Positions 29,077 through 38,158 of a stretch of 64,000 nt of DNA are shown in pieces (the first letter of the stretch is position 1; the number at the start of each line of letters is the position of its first letter). The stretch covers positions 334 to 64,333 of the forward strand of contig CAZMUV010000008.1 in NCBI GenBank assembly GCA_964569345.1, read 5' to 3'. Made by a program: the position numbers and the translations under genes. This stretch comes from an uncultured Maribacter sp. Lineage in GTDB: Bacteria; Bacteroidota; Bacteroidia; Flavobacteriales; Flavobacteriaceae. The notes beneath the pieces are model-generated. The model saw only the letters and a list, made by a program, of their open reading frames with translations. It ran no database searches and was not told the origin of the DNA.

Positions 29077-31095
29077 ATGAATCCACTACTTACACCTTTT
29101 GATACCGCACCCTTTTCAAAAATCAAAAATGAGCATTTTAAACCTGCCTTTTTGCAGGCAATGGAGGATGCGAGAGAAGAAATTGACGCAATCACTTCTA
29201 ACACAGCAGCACCTAGTTTTGAAAATACAATTGAAACTCTAGAATTTTCTGGCCAACAATTAGATCGAATTTCAAGCGTATTCTTCAATTTGAATTCTGC
29301 TGAAACTAATGAAGAAATTCAAAAAATAGCGCAAGAGGTTTCTCCACTACTTTCAGAGTTTGGCAATGATATTACGTTGAATGAGGAATTATTCAAAAGG
29401 ATAAAATCAGTTTACGAGCAAAAGGAAACATTAGATTTATCAGTGGAACAAAATACCCTTCTTGAAAAACGTTATAAAAGTTTTAGTCGTAACGGAGCAA
29501 ATCTATCCGAAGACAAAAAGAAACGCCTACGGGAAATAGATGCTGAAGCTTCCAAATTGAAATTAAAATTTGGCGAAAACATTTTGGCTGAAACCAACAA
29601 ATATCAAAAATACATTACCGACGAAGCCGATTTGGATGGCTTACCTGATGGTGCCAAAGAAGCTGCTGCTCAGTTGGCAAAATCGAAGGGCAAAGAAAAG
29701 GGTTGGTTATTGACTTTAGATTATCCCAGCTACATTCCTTTTATGAAATATGCCAATAAGAGGGAATTACGTAAAGAACTTTCTTTAGCCTTCGGTAGTA
29801 AAGCATTTAAAGGCGATTCGCTAGATAATCAGGAAAACGTACTCAAAATCGTAAAATTGCGCCATGAACGAGCTAACTTATTGGGTTATAAAACCCATGC
29901 GCATTTTGTTTTGGAAGAACGAATGGCAGAAACTCCGGAGAAAGTCCATTCGTTTCTAAACGAACTTCTGGAAAAGGCAAAACCCGCAGCGGAAAGGGAA
30001 CTCAAACAATTAGAAAATTTTGCAAAAGATTTAGATGGTATTGATCAGCTTCAGAAATGGGACAGCAGTTATTATTCTGAAAAGTTAAAGCAGGAATTAT
30101 TCAGTTTGGATGATCAACAACTGAAACCATTTTTTAAATTAGAAAATGTTATTGACGGTGTTTTTGAAGTAGCTGAAAAACTCTTTGGATTACATTTCGA
30201 GGAGGTTTCCGATATCGACAAATACCATGAGGAAGTCAAAACCTATCGCGTCTATGATTTAGAAAAGAATTTCATTTCTATCTTTTATGCCGACTTCCAT
30301 CCTCGTGAAGGAAAACGCGGTGGCGCTTGGATGACTTCGTTTAAATCGCAATGGAAAAAAGATGGCGAAAATGTACGCCCGCATATATCCAATGTTTGCA
30401 ATTTCACACCTTCTACAGCTACAAAACCATCACTTTTGACCTTTAACGAAGTTACTACTTTGTTTCATGAATTCGGACACGGCTTACACGGTATGTTAGC
30501 AAACACGACCTACCCCAGCCTATCAGGAACATCAGTCTATTGGGATTTTGTTGAACTACCTTCACAGGTAATGGAAAATTGGTGCTATGAAAAAGAAGCT
30601 TTAGAGCTCTTTGCTAAACACTACGAAACAGGAGAAGTGATTCCTATGGAATTGGTTCGTAAAATAAAGGAATCAGCTACCTTCCAGGAAGGTATGCAAA
30701 CGTTAAGGCAACTAAGTTTTGGACTCTTGGATATGTCCTGGCATGGCACAAACCCTACAAGTATTACCAATGTTAAAGCATACGAAACAAATGCCTTTGC
30801 TGGTACTAATTTGTATCCAGACACACCAGAAACCTGCATGAGCACAGCTTTTGCTCATATTTTTCAAGGTGGCTACTCCTCTGGGTATTATAGTTACAAA
30901 TGGGCTGAAGTATTAGATGCAGATGCGTTCGCTTACTTTAAGAAAAAAGGAATATTCAACAAAGAAGTTGCTTCTAAATTCAAGGAACACGTGCTGTCTA
31001 AAGGTGGCACGGAAAACCCTATGGTGCTCTATAAACGATTTCGTGGAGCGGAACCTAAGGTTGAAGCACTACTTGAAAGAGCGGGGCTTTTGTAA
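29077..31095 (+). CDS. dcp: M3 family metallopeptidase (Dcp/oligopeptidase A type)
   Basis: TLFHEFGHGLH zinc motif, DFVELPSQ, GYYSYKWAEVLDADAF. Confidence 0.88.
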   Translation: MNPLLTPFDTAPFSKIKNEHFKPAFLQAMEDAREEIDAITSNTAAPSFENTIETLEFSGQQLDRISSVFFNLNSAETNEEIQKIAQEVSPLLSEFGNDITLNEELFKRIKSVYEQKETLDLSVEQNTLLEKRYKSFSRNGANLSEDKKKRLREIDAEASKLKLKFGENILAETNKYQKYITDEADLDGLPDGAKEAAAQLAKSKGKEKGWLLTLDYPSYIPFMKYANKRELRKELSLAFGSKAFKGDSLDNQENVLKIVKLRHERANLLGYKTHAHFVLEERMAETPEKVHSFLNELLEKAKPAAERELKQLENFAKDLDGIDQLQKWDSSYYSEKLKQELFSLDDQQLKPFFKLENVIDGVFEVAEKLFGLHFEEVSDIDKYHEEVKTYRVYDLEKNFISIFYADFHPREGKRGGAWMTSFKSQWKKDGENVRPHISNVCNFTPSTATKPSLLTFNEVTTLFHEFGHGLHGMLANTTYPSLSGTSVYWDFVELPSQVMENWCYEKEALELFAKHYETGEVIPMELVRKIKESATFQEGMQTLRQLSFGLLDMSWHGTNPTSITNVKAYETNAFAGTNLYPDTPETCMSTAFAHIFQGGYSSGYYSYKWAEVLDADAFAYFKKKGIFNKEVASKFKEHVLSKGGTENPMVLYKRFRGAEPKVEALLERAGLL

Positions 31096-31208
31096 TCATA
31101 GACATTTAAAACTAAATTCGATGTACTGCACTAAAGTACATACTTGGTCTTATAATTTACAGTAGGAAATAACGTTAACATAGCGTAACCGTTAAACCCT
31201 ACTTAAAG

Positions 31209-32213
31209 ATGAAGAAATTGATTTTTCTTTTTGTCATCACTTTAATCGTATCGTGCAGCAATGATACTGATGACTTAAAAGATGATAACACAAATAGCGC
31301 GCCAAGCATTACGAGCCAAGAATTTCAAATTGCTGAACACGCACCAACAGGAACCGTAATTGGAACCGTACAGGCCTCGGATAGCAATAACGACGAGCTT
31401 AGCTACACTCTAGAATCTACCCAAGATATCCTGATTAACGAAACAACAGGAGAACTGAGTATTGGTGATGGGCTGAAACTGGATTTTGAAACTGGCACTA
31501 CTTTAAATTTTACCGTTTCGGTATTTGACGGAGCTGCAATTTCAGATGCTGATATTTCGTTGACTATTTCTGATATTAATGAATTTGATGTTTTAAATGA
31601 GTCTCAAAAAGAACTTGTGGAACACTTTAAACACTTGACTCTTTTTCAAGACCCAACATCCCCTACTCAAGATGTTATGCGAAAATGGGATGAACCCATG
31701 AAGTTATATCTTGTTGGTAATTTTCCACAAGCTACGCGTACTATGGTTGAAGAAGTAATTGCAAACTATAATATGCTTACCGCATCTGGTAGTTTTAATA
31801 TCTCTTTAGTTGCCACAGAATCTGAATCTAGCGCACAGTTATTTTTTGGAACCAAAGCAGAGACAGAAAATGTTTTTCCTAATATGTACGAGCAAATAAA
31901 AGATTTGACCTTGGATGGTTATGCTATTAGTTCTTTCTCCGGAAACTCTTACAGAAGTGCAGAAATATGGATTTCATCACAAACCGGCGCACTTTTCACA
32001 CATGAGATGGGCCACGCGCTGGGCATGGGACATTCCAATCTTTGTGCTGGTGAGAACCCTAGTGCAATGTGTTCTACTATTTCACCCAACAATCAGCTTT
32101 TAGGTATAGAACAGAACGTTATTAGTTATTTTTATAATGAGTACATGCCTACTGGCTTAAATGAACAACAAATAGAGGACAGTCTTTCCAACTTAATTTT
32201 ACTAGAAGAATAA
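31209..32213 (+). CDS. Lipoprotein with a cadherin-like domain and a metzincin-type zinc peptidase domain (DUF2927-like)
   Basis: Lipobox IVSC, cadherin signatures (IAE...G..IGTV.ASD, LDFE, VFD, DINE), HEMGHALGMGH. Confidence 0.75.
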   Translation: MKKLIFLFVITLIVSCSNDTDDLKDDNTNSAPSITSQEFQIAEHAPTGTVIGTVQASDSNNDELSYTLESTQDILINETTGELSIGDGLKLDFETGTTLNFTVSVFDGAAISDADISLTISDINEFDVLNESQKELVEHFKHLTLFQDPTSPTQDVMRKWDEPMKLYLVGNFPQATRTMVEEVIANYNMLTASGSFNISLVATESESSAQLFFGTKAETENVFPNMYEQIKDLTLDGYAISSFSGNSYRSAEIWISSQTGALFTHEMGHALGMGHSNLCAGENPSAMCSTISPNNQLLGIEQNVISYFYNEYMPTGLNEQQIEDSLSNLILLEE

Positions 32214-32420
32214 TTTACCGTTTCTATTGAAATAGTTTTCACACCAACGCTACTGCCTTTTGGTGTAAAGAGCGATTCTGAAATACTACCATACTCCTAA
32301 CCAGAAAAAATAATACTTGTGGTCCTTAACTAGCATATCTCTTTTCAGTTTAGCTAACTTAGTTTCTTTCTTTTTACAATTATAAATTCATACTTTTAAA
32401 CACATAAACCATAGTATCGC

Positions 32421-33134
32421 ATGTTCGATCAATACGACAAAACAACTGCTTTACACTATGCAGCTTATAGACCTCAACTACACGAGCCTATATTGCGCAA
32501 TTGCCTTGGTAAGAAAGATTTCAACCATGGCTTGGATATTGGTTGTGGGACCGGTGTTTCTTCCATAGCCCTAAAAAACTTCTGTAAGGATGTAACTGGC
32601 GTAGACCCTAATAAAAAAATGCTATCGCATGCGGTAAAGGAGGATAATATAAGCTATCTATTGATGGCGGAAAACAAACTACCCTTCCCTAACCACATCT
32701 TTGATATCTGCACCTATGCGGGCGCATGGTGGTATGGTAAAAGTCAGTTATTACTTGATGAAACCATACGGGTAAGCACCACCAACGGAACTATCTTACT
32801 ATATGATTTTGAAGTTGATTTTAGTAACATATATCAAACTATGAGTCTTGTCCCGACAGATTTAAAAGGTTATGATCATCGTTCAAACTTTGAAAATTTA
32901 GACACCTCTTCAATCAGATTTACGTCTAAACAAATGGAAGAAAAACAGTTATTGCTTTCCCCAAAAGAGTTGGCGCACCTTCTATGCTCAGAGCAAGATA
33001 TCTACAAGCAAGTACTACTAAAATTTTCTAAAAATAACACCTTTGATCAACTGGTAAATTATATTAAGGATACTATAGACGCGTCTTGTATCACTGTCCA
33101 AGTACTCATCTATTCTACTTTATATCAATTATAA
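32421..33134 (+). CDS. Class I SAM-dependent methyltransferase
   Basis: GLDIGCGTG motif I, GVDP, AENKLPF. Confidence 0.85.
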   Translation: MFDQYDKTTALHYAAYRPQLHEPILRNCLGKKDFNHGLDIGCGTGVSSIALKNFCKDVTGVDPNKKMLSHAVKEDNISYLLMAENKLPFPNHIFDICTYAGAWWYGKSQLLLDETIRVSTTNGTILLYDFEVDFSNIYQTMSLVPTDLKGYDHRSNFENLDTSSIRFTSKQMEEKQLLLSPKELAHLLCSEQDIYKQVLLKFSKNNTFDQLVNYIKDTIDASCITVQVLIYSTLYQL

Positions 33135-33242
33135 GCTATTTCTTAAAAGTACCATGAGCCTAGGAACCTAAAACCAAACCTCTCAAAATAGACCACCAGA
33201 TGTTACCACAAAACACAACACCAAGTTTACCAAGACAACAGG

Positions 33243-33614
33243 TTACAAGAACTTTAAGATTTGGATACGAATAACTTCATCACCAATATTACAGATATCG
33301 GTTGCTAGTTGCTTCTCTTTATTATTCACATAACCGAAGTCGTCCTCCTCAAAAACTAGTAAATCTATCCTGCCATCCATATTTGCCATGATTAACATAC
33401 CACCCGTCTCACAAGACCAACTATACACGTCGGGATGCTTCATAAATGATAGCCGCTCTCCTGGCAATAGCTTTAAGTTCAAAACTATAATCTTTTCATT
33501 AATTATGACAGAATCCTCCAATTGGCCACAACAATCCACATCAGTTAATTCTCTAAGTCTATAATCTTCCCAAGTAGAATAGTCGCCTTTCCTGTTTAGC
33601 TCTACATACCGCAT
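33243..33614 (-). CDS. Cupin-like hypothetical protein, paralog A (123 aa)
   Basis: Aligns without gaps to 35003-35392 (58/123 identical by hand count). L.PGERL.F...YSW pattern suggests a small beta-barrel. Confidence 0.75.
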   Translation of the reverse strand: MRYVELNRKGDYSTWEDYRLRELTDVDCCGQLEDSVIINEKIIVLNLKLLPGERLSFMKHPDVYSWSCETGGMLIMANMDGRIDLLVFEEDDFGYVNNKEKQLATDICNIGDEVIRIQILKFL

Positions 33615-33673
33615 CCTTGTTTTTTTTTACAAAGATCCGTCAGACACCTAAAACAAGAAAGAAACATGAAGTA

Positions 33674-33704
33674 AAGCTAGTTTTGATTTCTGACTTTTAA
33701 ACTA
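33674..33704. promoter_or_regulatory. Operator-like dyad upstream of paralog A
   Basis: AAGCTAGTTTTGATTTC is identical to 35450-35466. Imperfect dyad TAGTTTTGATTTC-T-GACTTTTAAACTA. Confidence 0.6.
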
Positions 33705-34823
33705 TTTAGGGGTTAAATGCTGTTTTTGATACTCCAAGGGCGTGGTTCCTACCATGGTTTTAAAAGCATTGTAAAAAGAACTCTTACTTTGAAACCCAAC
33801 TTCTCTACCCACACCATCAATAGTAATATGCCGCATTGCGGTATCCTTAAGCAATACTTTGGCCCTATTAATCCTAAAGGAATTTACAAAACGATTAAAG
33901 TTTTTATCTGTGAGGGAGTTAATGGCTTTTGATATTATTTTGGGATGCACATCTAGCGCTACAGAAACATCCACAACGGTAAGTTCAGGATTTGAATAGG
34001 GTTTTTTTTCTTGAAAAAATTCCTGTAATCGTACCATCACCTCCCCAAGTACCTTATGCTCTTTTTTAGGTTTTTTAATGGCGGCCCGCGGTCGCAAGAT
34101 TAGACCATATTCAGTAGGGTTGGTGAGCACACGTTGTACATTGTGCTGTTTGGTACCATAAAAACTGAGCCAATATACCGTAAAAAGTTGAGCCAGTGTA
34201 AAAGGCAATCGTAACCAATTATAACCTATCGAAAAAACAAGTACTAGAACGGATGTGGCACACAGCATAAGTGTAAAATAAACGAAGGTGCGCGCCCATT
34301 TGAGTTCTTTCCTATACACTGACGAAAAGACCTCGTTGACCTCGACGATATGTGCATTGATGTATTTAAGATTAAGAAAACCAATAAAAAAACAGTAAAA
34401 ATGACCTATAAAAAAACTAATCTGACTTAGATCTCGATTAAAATTATCTAGCCCAAACAAGTTTTCTGGAAACAAGGCCATAAATGGTTTAATCAGAACA
34501 ATTAATAACCCAGGAACAAACATCCAATAGGCCCTGTTTGATTTCTTAAATACAGATACTCTTTGTGTATATAGAAAAAAGATAGGACTAAGCAACCAAA
34601 TATTTCTAAAAGGCAACCATTGTAAAAAAACGGTATCCTCCCAAACTCCCAAATGTTTAAGCATGGAGGGCGCCATTTCCAAAGAAAACAAAAATAAAAA
34701 AATAGCCAGAAAAAAAGTAGGTCTAGACCGCTTACTGGCCAACAAAAGATAACCACCCACCAAAACACCTTGTATGGTGGCGAGGATCTCTAAAACAAAA
34801 AAAATAGTTTCTATCGCAGTCAA
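33702..34823 (-). CDS. Membrane-anchored AraC family transcriptional regulator, 373 aa
   Basis: About 7 N-terminal TM segments and a C-terminal AraC HTH (FNRFVNSFRINRAK...VGFQSKSSFYNAFK..G.TP). TTG start. Confidence 0.9.
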   Translation of the reverse strand: MTAIETIFFVLEILATIQGVLVGGYLLLASKRSRPTFFLAIFLFLFSLEMAPSMLKHLGVWEDTVFLQWLPFRNIWLLSPIFFLYTQRVSVFKKSNRAYWMFVPGLLIVLIKPFMALFPENLFGLDNFNRDLSQISFFIGHFYCFFIGFLNLKYINAHIVEVNEVFSSVYRKELKWARTFVYFTLMLCATSVLVLVFSIGYNWLRLPFTLAQLFTVYWLSFYGTKQHNVQRVLTNPTEYGLILRPRAAIKKPKKEHKVLGEVMVRLQEFFQEKKPYSNPELTVVDVSVALDVHPKIISKAINSLTDKNFNRFVNSFRINRAKVLLKDTAMRHITIDGVGREVGFQSKSSFYNAFKTMVGTTPLEYQKQHLTPK

Positions 34824-34971
34824 AAGACGTGGTTTGGAGATACTAAAAATACACTTTTTGAGCTAGCGTAAAAAATAAAAACTACCACCTATCTTGTTAC
34901 GTTAGCCAACCACAGACCTTAAACTTTCTCCAAAACAACTAGCTAGATGTAAACGTTTCGACACCGTAACA

Positions 34972-35017
34972 ATAGCCTTATTTCTTCCTTAACACGTTAG
35001 TGTTAAATCAAGGCTAT
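34972..35017. other. Nested stem-loop between paralog B and the AraC gene
   Basis: Outer ATAGCCTT/AAGGCTAT (34972-79/35010-17) encloses TTAACAC-GTTA-GTGTTAA (34989-35006). Confidence 0.4.
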
Positions 35018-35392
35018 AAGGTTACGGTATTCGTAGATATGAAACCGTATAACACTGCGACCATTATTTTCTAAATCACTAACGATTAACTTCCCAGCAT
35101 TGTTAATAAACCCGTAATCATCTTTTTTAAAAAAGAGTAGGTCTATTTTACCATTACCATTGGTAAAGATAACTGTTCCACCAGTGACACAAGACCATGA
35201 ATAATTACTCGGTTGTTTTCGAAAAGACAGCCTTTCCATAGGAAAAAGTTCCAACTCCCATAATCTAAAATTCTCGTTTTCCATTACCAAAGTTCCCAGC
35301 TGATATGGATACTGGTCTTGTAACAATTCATCTATTTTTTCACATTCCCAATTCGTGTAATCGCCTTTTGGATTTAATTCTACCTGTCGCAT
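35003..35392 (-). CDS. Cupin-like hypothetical protein, paralog B (129 aa)
   Basis: About 47% identical to 33243-33614, ungapped. Confidence 0.75.
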   Translation of the reverse strand: MRQVELNPKGDYTNWECEKIDELLQDQYPYQLGTLVMENENFRLWELELFPMERLSFRKQPSNYSWSCVTGGTVIFTNGNGKIDLLFFKKDDYGFINNAGKLIVSDLENNGRSVIRFHIYEYRNLIALI

Positions 35393-35449
35393 CTTTATTT
35401 TTTTACAAAGATTCTATAGAAGGGACAAAGCAACAAGAAAAGAAGCTCT

Positions 35450-35480
35450 AAGCTAGTTTTGATTTCGGAAATCTGAACTA
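35450..35480. promoter_or_regulatory. Operator-like dyad upstream of paralog B
   Basis: TAGTTTTGATTTC-G-GAAATCTGAACTA (11/13 symmetric). Same spacing to the -7-like box as in copy A. Confidence 0.6.
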
Positions 35481-35493
35481 TATCCGTATGTTT

Positions 35494-35521
35494 TAAGGTT
35501 TAAAGTTAAAGGTTTGAAGTT
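35494..35521. repeat. Degenerate heptamer tandem repeat (4 x TAAAGTT-like)
   Basis: TAAGGTT TAAAGTT AAAGGTT TGAAGTT. Confidence 0.6.
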
Positions 35522-35948
35522 CTGTTGTATTGTAAATATTGAATGATAAGTTTAGAATTGAATGGAGTAGTTATAATACCTTAGATGGGTTTGATTTTAA
35601 TATTTAGACTCATGCTTTTGCTAAGCTTATGAATTCAAGAGGCTTTCCCACAACTAAATTGATGTAAGCCTTCTTTTACAACACTATCGTCCTCCCTTAT
35701 GTACCAATACCGGTCTCCCTTACATTAAACCGAGCCAATTTAACGGCTTGATTTCGGAAACAAAATCCGATGTATCATTATGTAATAATCAAAACAAGAA
35801 TAACCTTCAAGAATTATTAGTGCAAAAAACTAATTATAGTAGGCTTTAGTGGCATTTTAGGAAATGACATCATAACCCATTTATAAATCAATTTGAGGAT
35901 GTTGTAGTTCAAACAAGAAAAACAGCTTGGAGCAGGCTATCAATAAGG

Positions 35949-36308
35949 TTAATTCTTTTTAGCCAATACAGCATCGTAGCCACCTTCCAAATTAATAACA
36001 TTTGTATAACCCAAAGACAGTAGTTTTTCTTGGGCTTTAGCACTTCTGCCGCCCACCTTACAATACACATAAATAGTTTCGTCCTTATTTATTACTGAAA
36101 ATTTATTCTCAAAATCGACATCGAATAAATTTATATTTTGTGCATTGTCCAAGTGTCCTTGCTTAAATTCTTCAGGTGTTCTCACATCTACTAAAACAAT
36201 ATCTTTAGGAGTATCATCCAAAAACTCATTTATATGTTTTGATTTAGTTTGTCCACAACCAAAATTGACCAATAATAAGAAAAATGCAATCATCTGTAGC
36301 TGTTTCAT
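35949..36308 (-). CDS. Rhodanese-like domain protein (probable lipoprotein)
   Basis: LVDVRTPEEF..GHL, YCKVGGRS active loop, LEGG. Start 36308 is supported by the -7 box TATTTTTG at 36325-36332. Confidence 0.88.
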   Translation of the reverse strand: MKQLQMIAFFLLLVNFGCGQTKSKHINEFLDDTPKDIVLVDVRTPEEFKQGHLDNAQNINLFDVDFENKFSVINKDETIYVYCKVGGRSAKAQEKLLSLGYTNVINLEGGYDAVLAKKN

Positions 36309-36427
36309 ATACTTAAGGTTTTTACAAAAATAACAAATAATAGCCATTGCGGTATACCTCCAATACAATGAAAATAATCAAGGATATTACAAGGATTTCC
36401 GTTATTTTTGAAAACGACACTATATCA

Positions 36428-36982
36428 ATGACGCAACACCAACTACAACCAGACTTTTGGGTAGACAGCTATGCAGATTATCTCTTCAACTTTGCCGTAG
36501 GTAGGGTAAGTGATACCGAAATTGCCAAGGATTTAGTTTCCGAAACCTTTTTAGCAGGACTAAAATCTGCCAAAAACTATAAGGGAGATGCCGCAGAACG
36601 TACTTGGTTAATAGCCATCCTTAAAAGAAAAGTTATTGATTATTACCGAAAAACGAACTCCAAAAAAGGGAAAGCAGAAGTTCGCATGAACTACAGTTCC
36701 GCAAGTGATGCAGAAGGTGATTGGTTGGAAGAACAAGTTGCAGATCCGTTTAGCATGGTGGAAAATGGTGCTTTGGAAAATGCAGAGTTAGGACTAGCCA
36801 TACATGAATGTATCTCTAAATTACCAAAAAAGCAGGCACAGGTTTTTACTATGAAAACAATTCAAGGTATTAGTACAGAAGATATTTGTAATGAACTCGG
36901 TATTAATGCGTCTAATCTTTGGGTCATGATACATAGGGCGAGAACCGCGCTGATGGGATGCCTTAACCAAAATTGGTTTTAA
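36428..36982 (+). CDS. ECF RNA polymerase sigma-70 factor
   Basis: Region 2 (DLVSETFL, TWLIAILKRKVIDYYRK) and region 4 (LPKKQAQVF, IHRARTAL). Start 36428 is supported by TATTTTTG at 36403-36410. Confidence 0.9.
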   Translation: MTQHQLQPDFWVDSYADYLFNFAVGRVSDTEIAKDLVSETFLAGLKSAKNYKGDAAERTWLIAILKRKVIDYYRKTNSKKGKAEVRMNYSSASDAEGDWLEEQVADPFSMVENGALENAELGLAIHECISKLPKKQAQVFTMKTIQGISTEDICNELGINASNLWVMIHRARTALMGCLNQNWF

Positions 36983-36984
36983 TT

Positions 36985-37212
36985 ATGATTTCTTGTGACA
37001 AAGCTGCCATCATTTGCAATAAGTCCCAGTATAGGGAAGCTACTTTTTTAGAAATACTAAAACTACGTTTCCATCTCTTTATGTGTAAAACCTGCTCCAA
37101 AGCAACCGAACAGAATACGAAATTAACGTCGCTTTGTAATAAGGCAAAACTGCAAAGTTTTTCCCGTCAAGAAAAACTAAAAATGAAAGAAGAGCTAAAA
37201 AACCAAGCTTAA
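36985..37212 (+). CDS. Small zinc-binding (ZAS/zf-HC2) anti-sigma factor
   Basis: SC..A...HLFMCKTC (HxxxCxxC), 2 nt after the sigma gene. Confidence 0.7.
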   Translation: MISCDKAAIICNKSQYREATFLEILKLRFHLFMCKTCSKATEQNTKLTSLCNKAKLQSFSRQEKLKMKEELKNQA

Positions 37213-38030
37213 AACACCCTCACGATAAGTAATATCAAATACCATCCTACAGGTATGGCTTCTACCCAAAAAGAAGAGAAGTAGGTAGACTGATTTCTCT
37301 TGGTTATATACATTAAACTTCCTAGAACCAGAAACAAAATGCCTTTGGACACCAAGTCCATCAAAGTTATTTCATCCTTTAAAAACGTAACAAAGAAAAA
37401 CAACACCACCATAAAGGAGCCAAATATTTTTGTATTTGCTACCCCATAGCGCTGCGGAAGTGTTTTTAATTCTGGGTCATCATACTGTAAATCCCGTATC
37501 TCAAAAGGCAGTAACAACACCAGTACAAATATAAATCGTTGCAAAAAGACGATTTTAACATCCCAGGATAAGTCATGGTCTTGACTTAAAACAGGGAGTA
37601 AGACCGTAGCTCCCGTCCAAACAAGTGCAACTACAAAAATTTTTAATGCACCCCAACTTCTTAGATTCTTTGCACGCGGCAAAACAGGTAGCGCATACAA
37701 TCCAGAAACCAAAGCCAAGGCCACTACTCCCAACCAAACTTGATAGCTTAAAAAATAAGCATGATACAGCATAAAAACAGCAGCAATAAAACTGAAAAAC
37801 TGAATATTTTTATGATAGCGTTTGGCCACCAAAACGTACTTTTTAGCCTCTACGCCGTATTTAACAAAATTATAGCATACGATAGTGCCAAAAAATAGAA
37901 ACCAAGAAAGGTGTAAATCTAGTGGAATGTTTAAAGAAAGGGTAGTAACCCCCACTAAGGCCAATACAGCCAAAGCTACGTGTATACTGGCATCTAGATA
38001 AAAATCAAAAACACCTTTTAAAATCTTCAT
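37209..38030 (-). CDS. UbiA-like polytopic membrane protein
   Basis: Multiple TM helices and an aspartate motif FEIRDLQYD...TLP..YG. Confidence 0.6.
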   Translation of the reverse strand: MKILKGVFDFYLDASIHVALAVLALVGVTTLSLNIPLDLHLSWFLFFGTIVCYNFVKYGVEAKKYVLVAKRYHKNIQFFSFIAAVFMLYHAYFLSYQVWLGVVALALVSGLYALPVLPRAKNLRSWGALKIFVVALVWTGATVLLPVLSQDHDLSWDVKIVFLQRFIFVLVLLLPFEIRDLQYDDPELKTLPQRYGVANTKIFGSFMVVLFFFVTFLKDEITLMDLVSKGILFLVLGSLMYITKRNQSTYFSSFWVEAIPVGWYLILLIVRVF

Positions 38031-38034
38031 TAAA

Positions 38035-38042
38035 CAAAAGTA
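38035..38042 (-). promoter_or_regulatory. -7 element TACTTTTG (likely leaderless gene)
   Basis: Exact consensus 4 nt before the ATG at 38030. Confidence 0.55.
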
Positions 38043-38158
38043 GCCAAACTGTTTATAACCTAGGTTTTTGGTTAAGAACTTTCAACCTAAGCCCTTAAAA
38101 AATAGGTGTTCAGCATGTAAATAATTCTTAATTTCGCAGGACTAATCCTAAGAAAATT

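Noticed and set aside
35478-35620. Remnant of a second araC 3' end upstream of paralog B (shared AACTA/TAG position)
   Set aside because: The frame ending at that TAG hits another stop within 5 codons. The shared bases are explained by the dyad symmetry.
35658-35950. Degenerate + strand reading frame in the spacer (…LCTNTGLPYIKPSQFNGLISETK…)
   Set aside because: It has no proper start, contains several stops and shows no recognisable similarity. It cannot be distinguished from chance.
38031-38158. Glycine riboswitch upstream of gcvP
   Set aside because: The spacer is only 128 nt, and a -7-like box (TAATTTCG, 38129-38136) leaves about 20 nt of leader. No aptamer motifs are visible.
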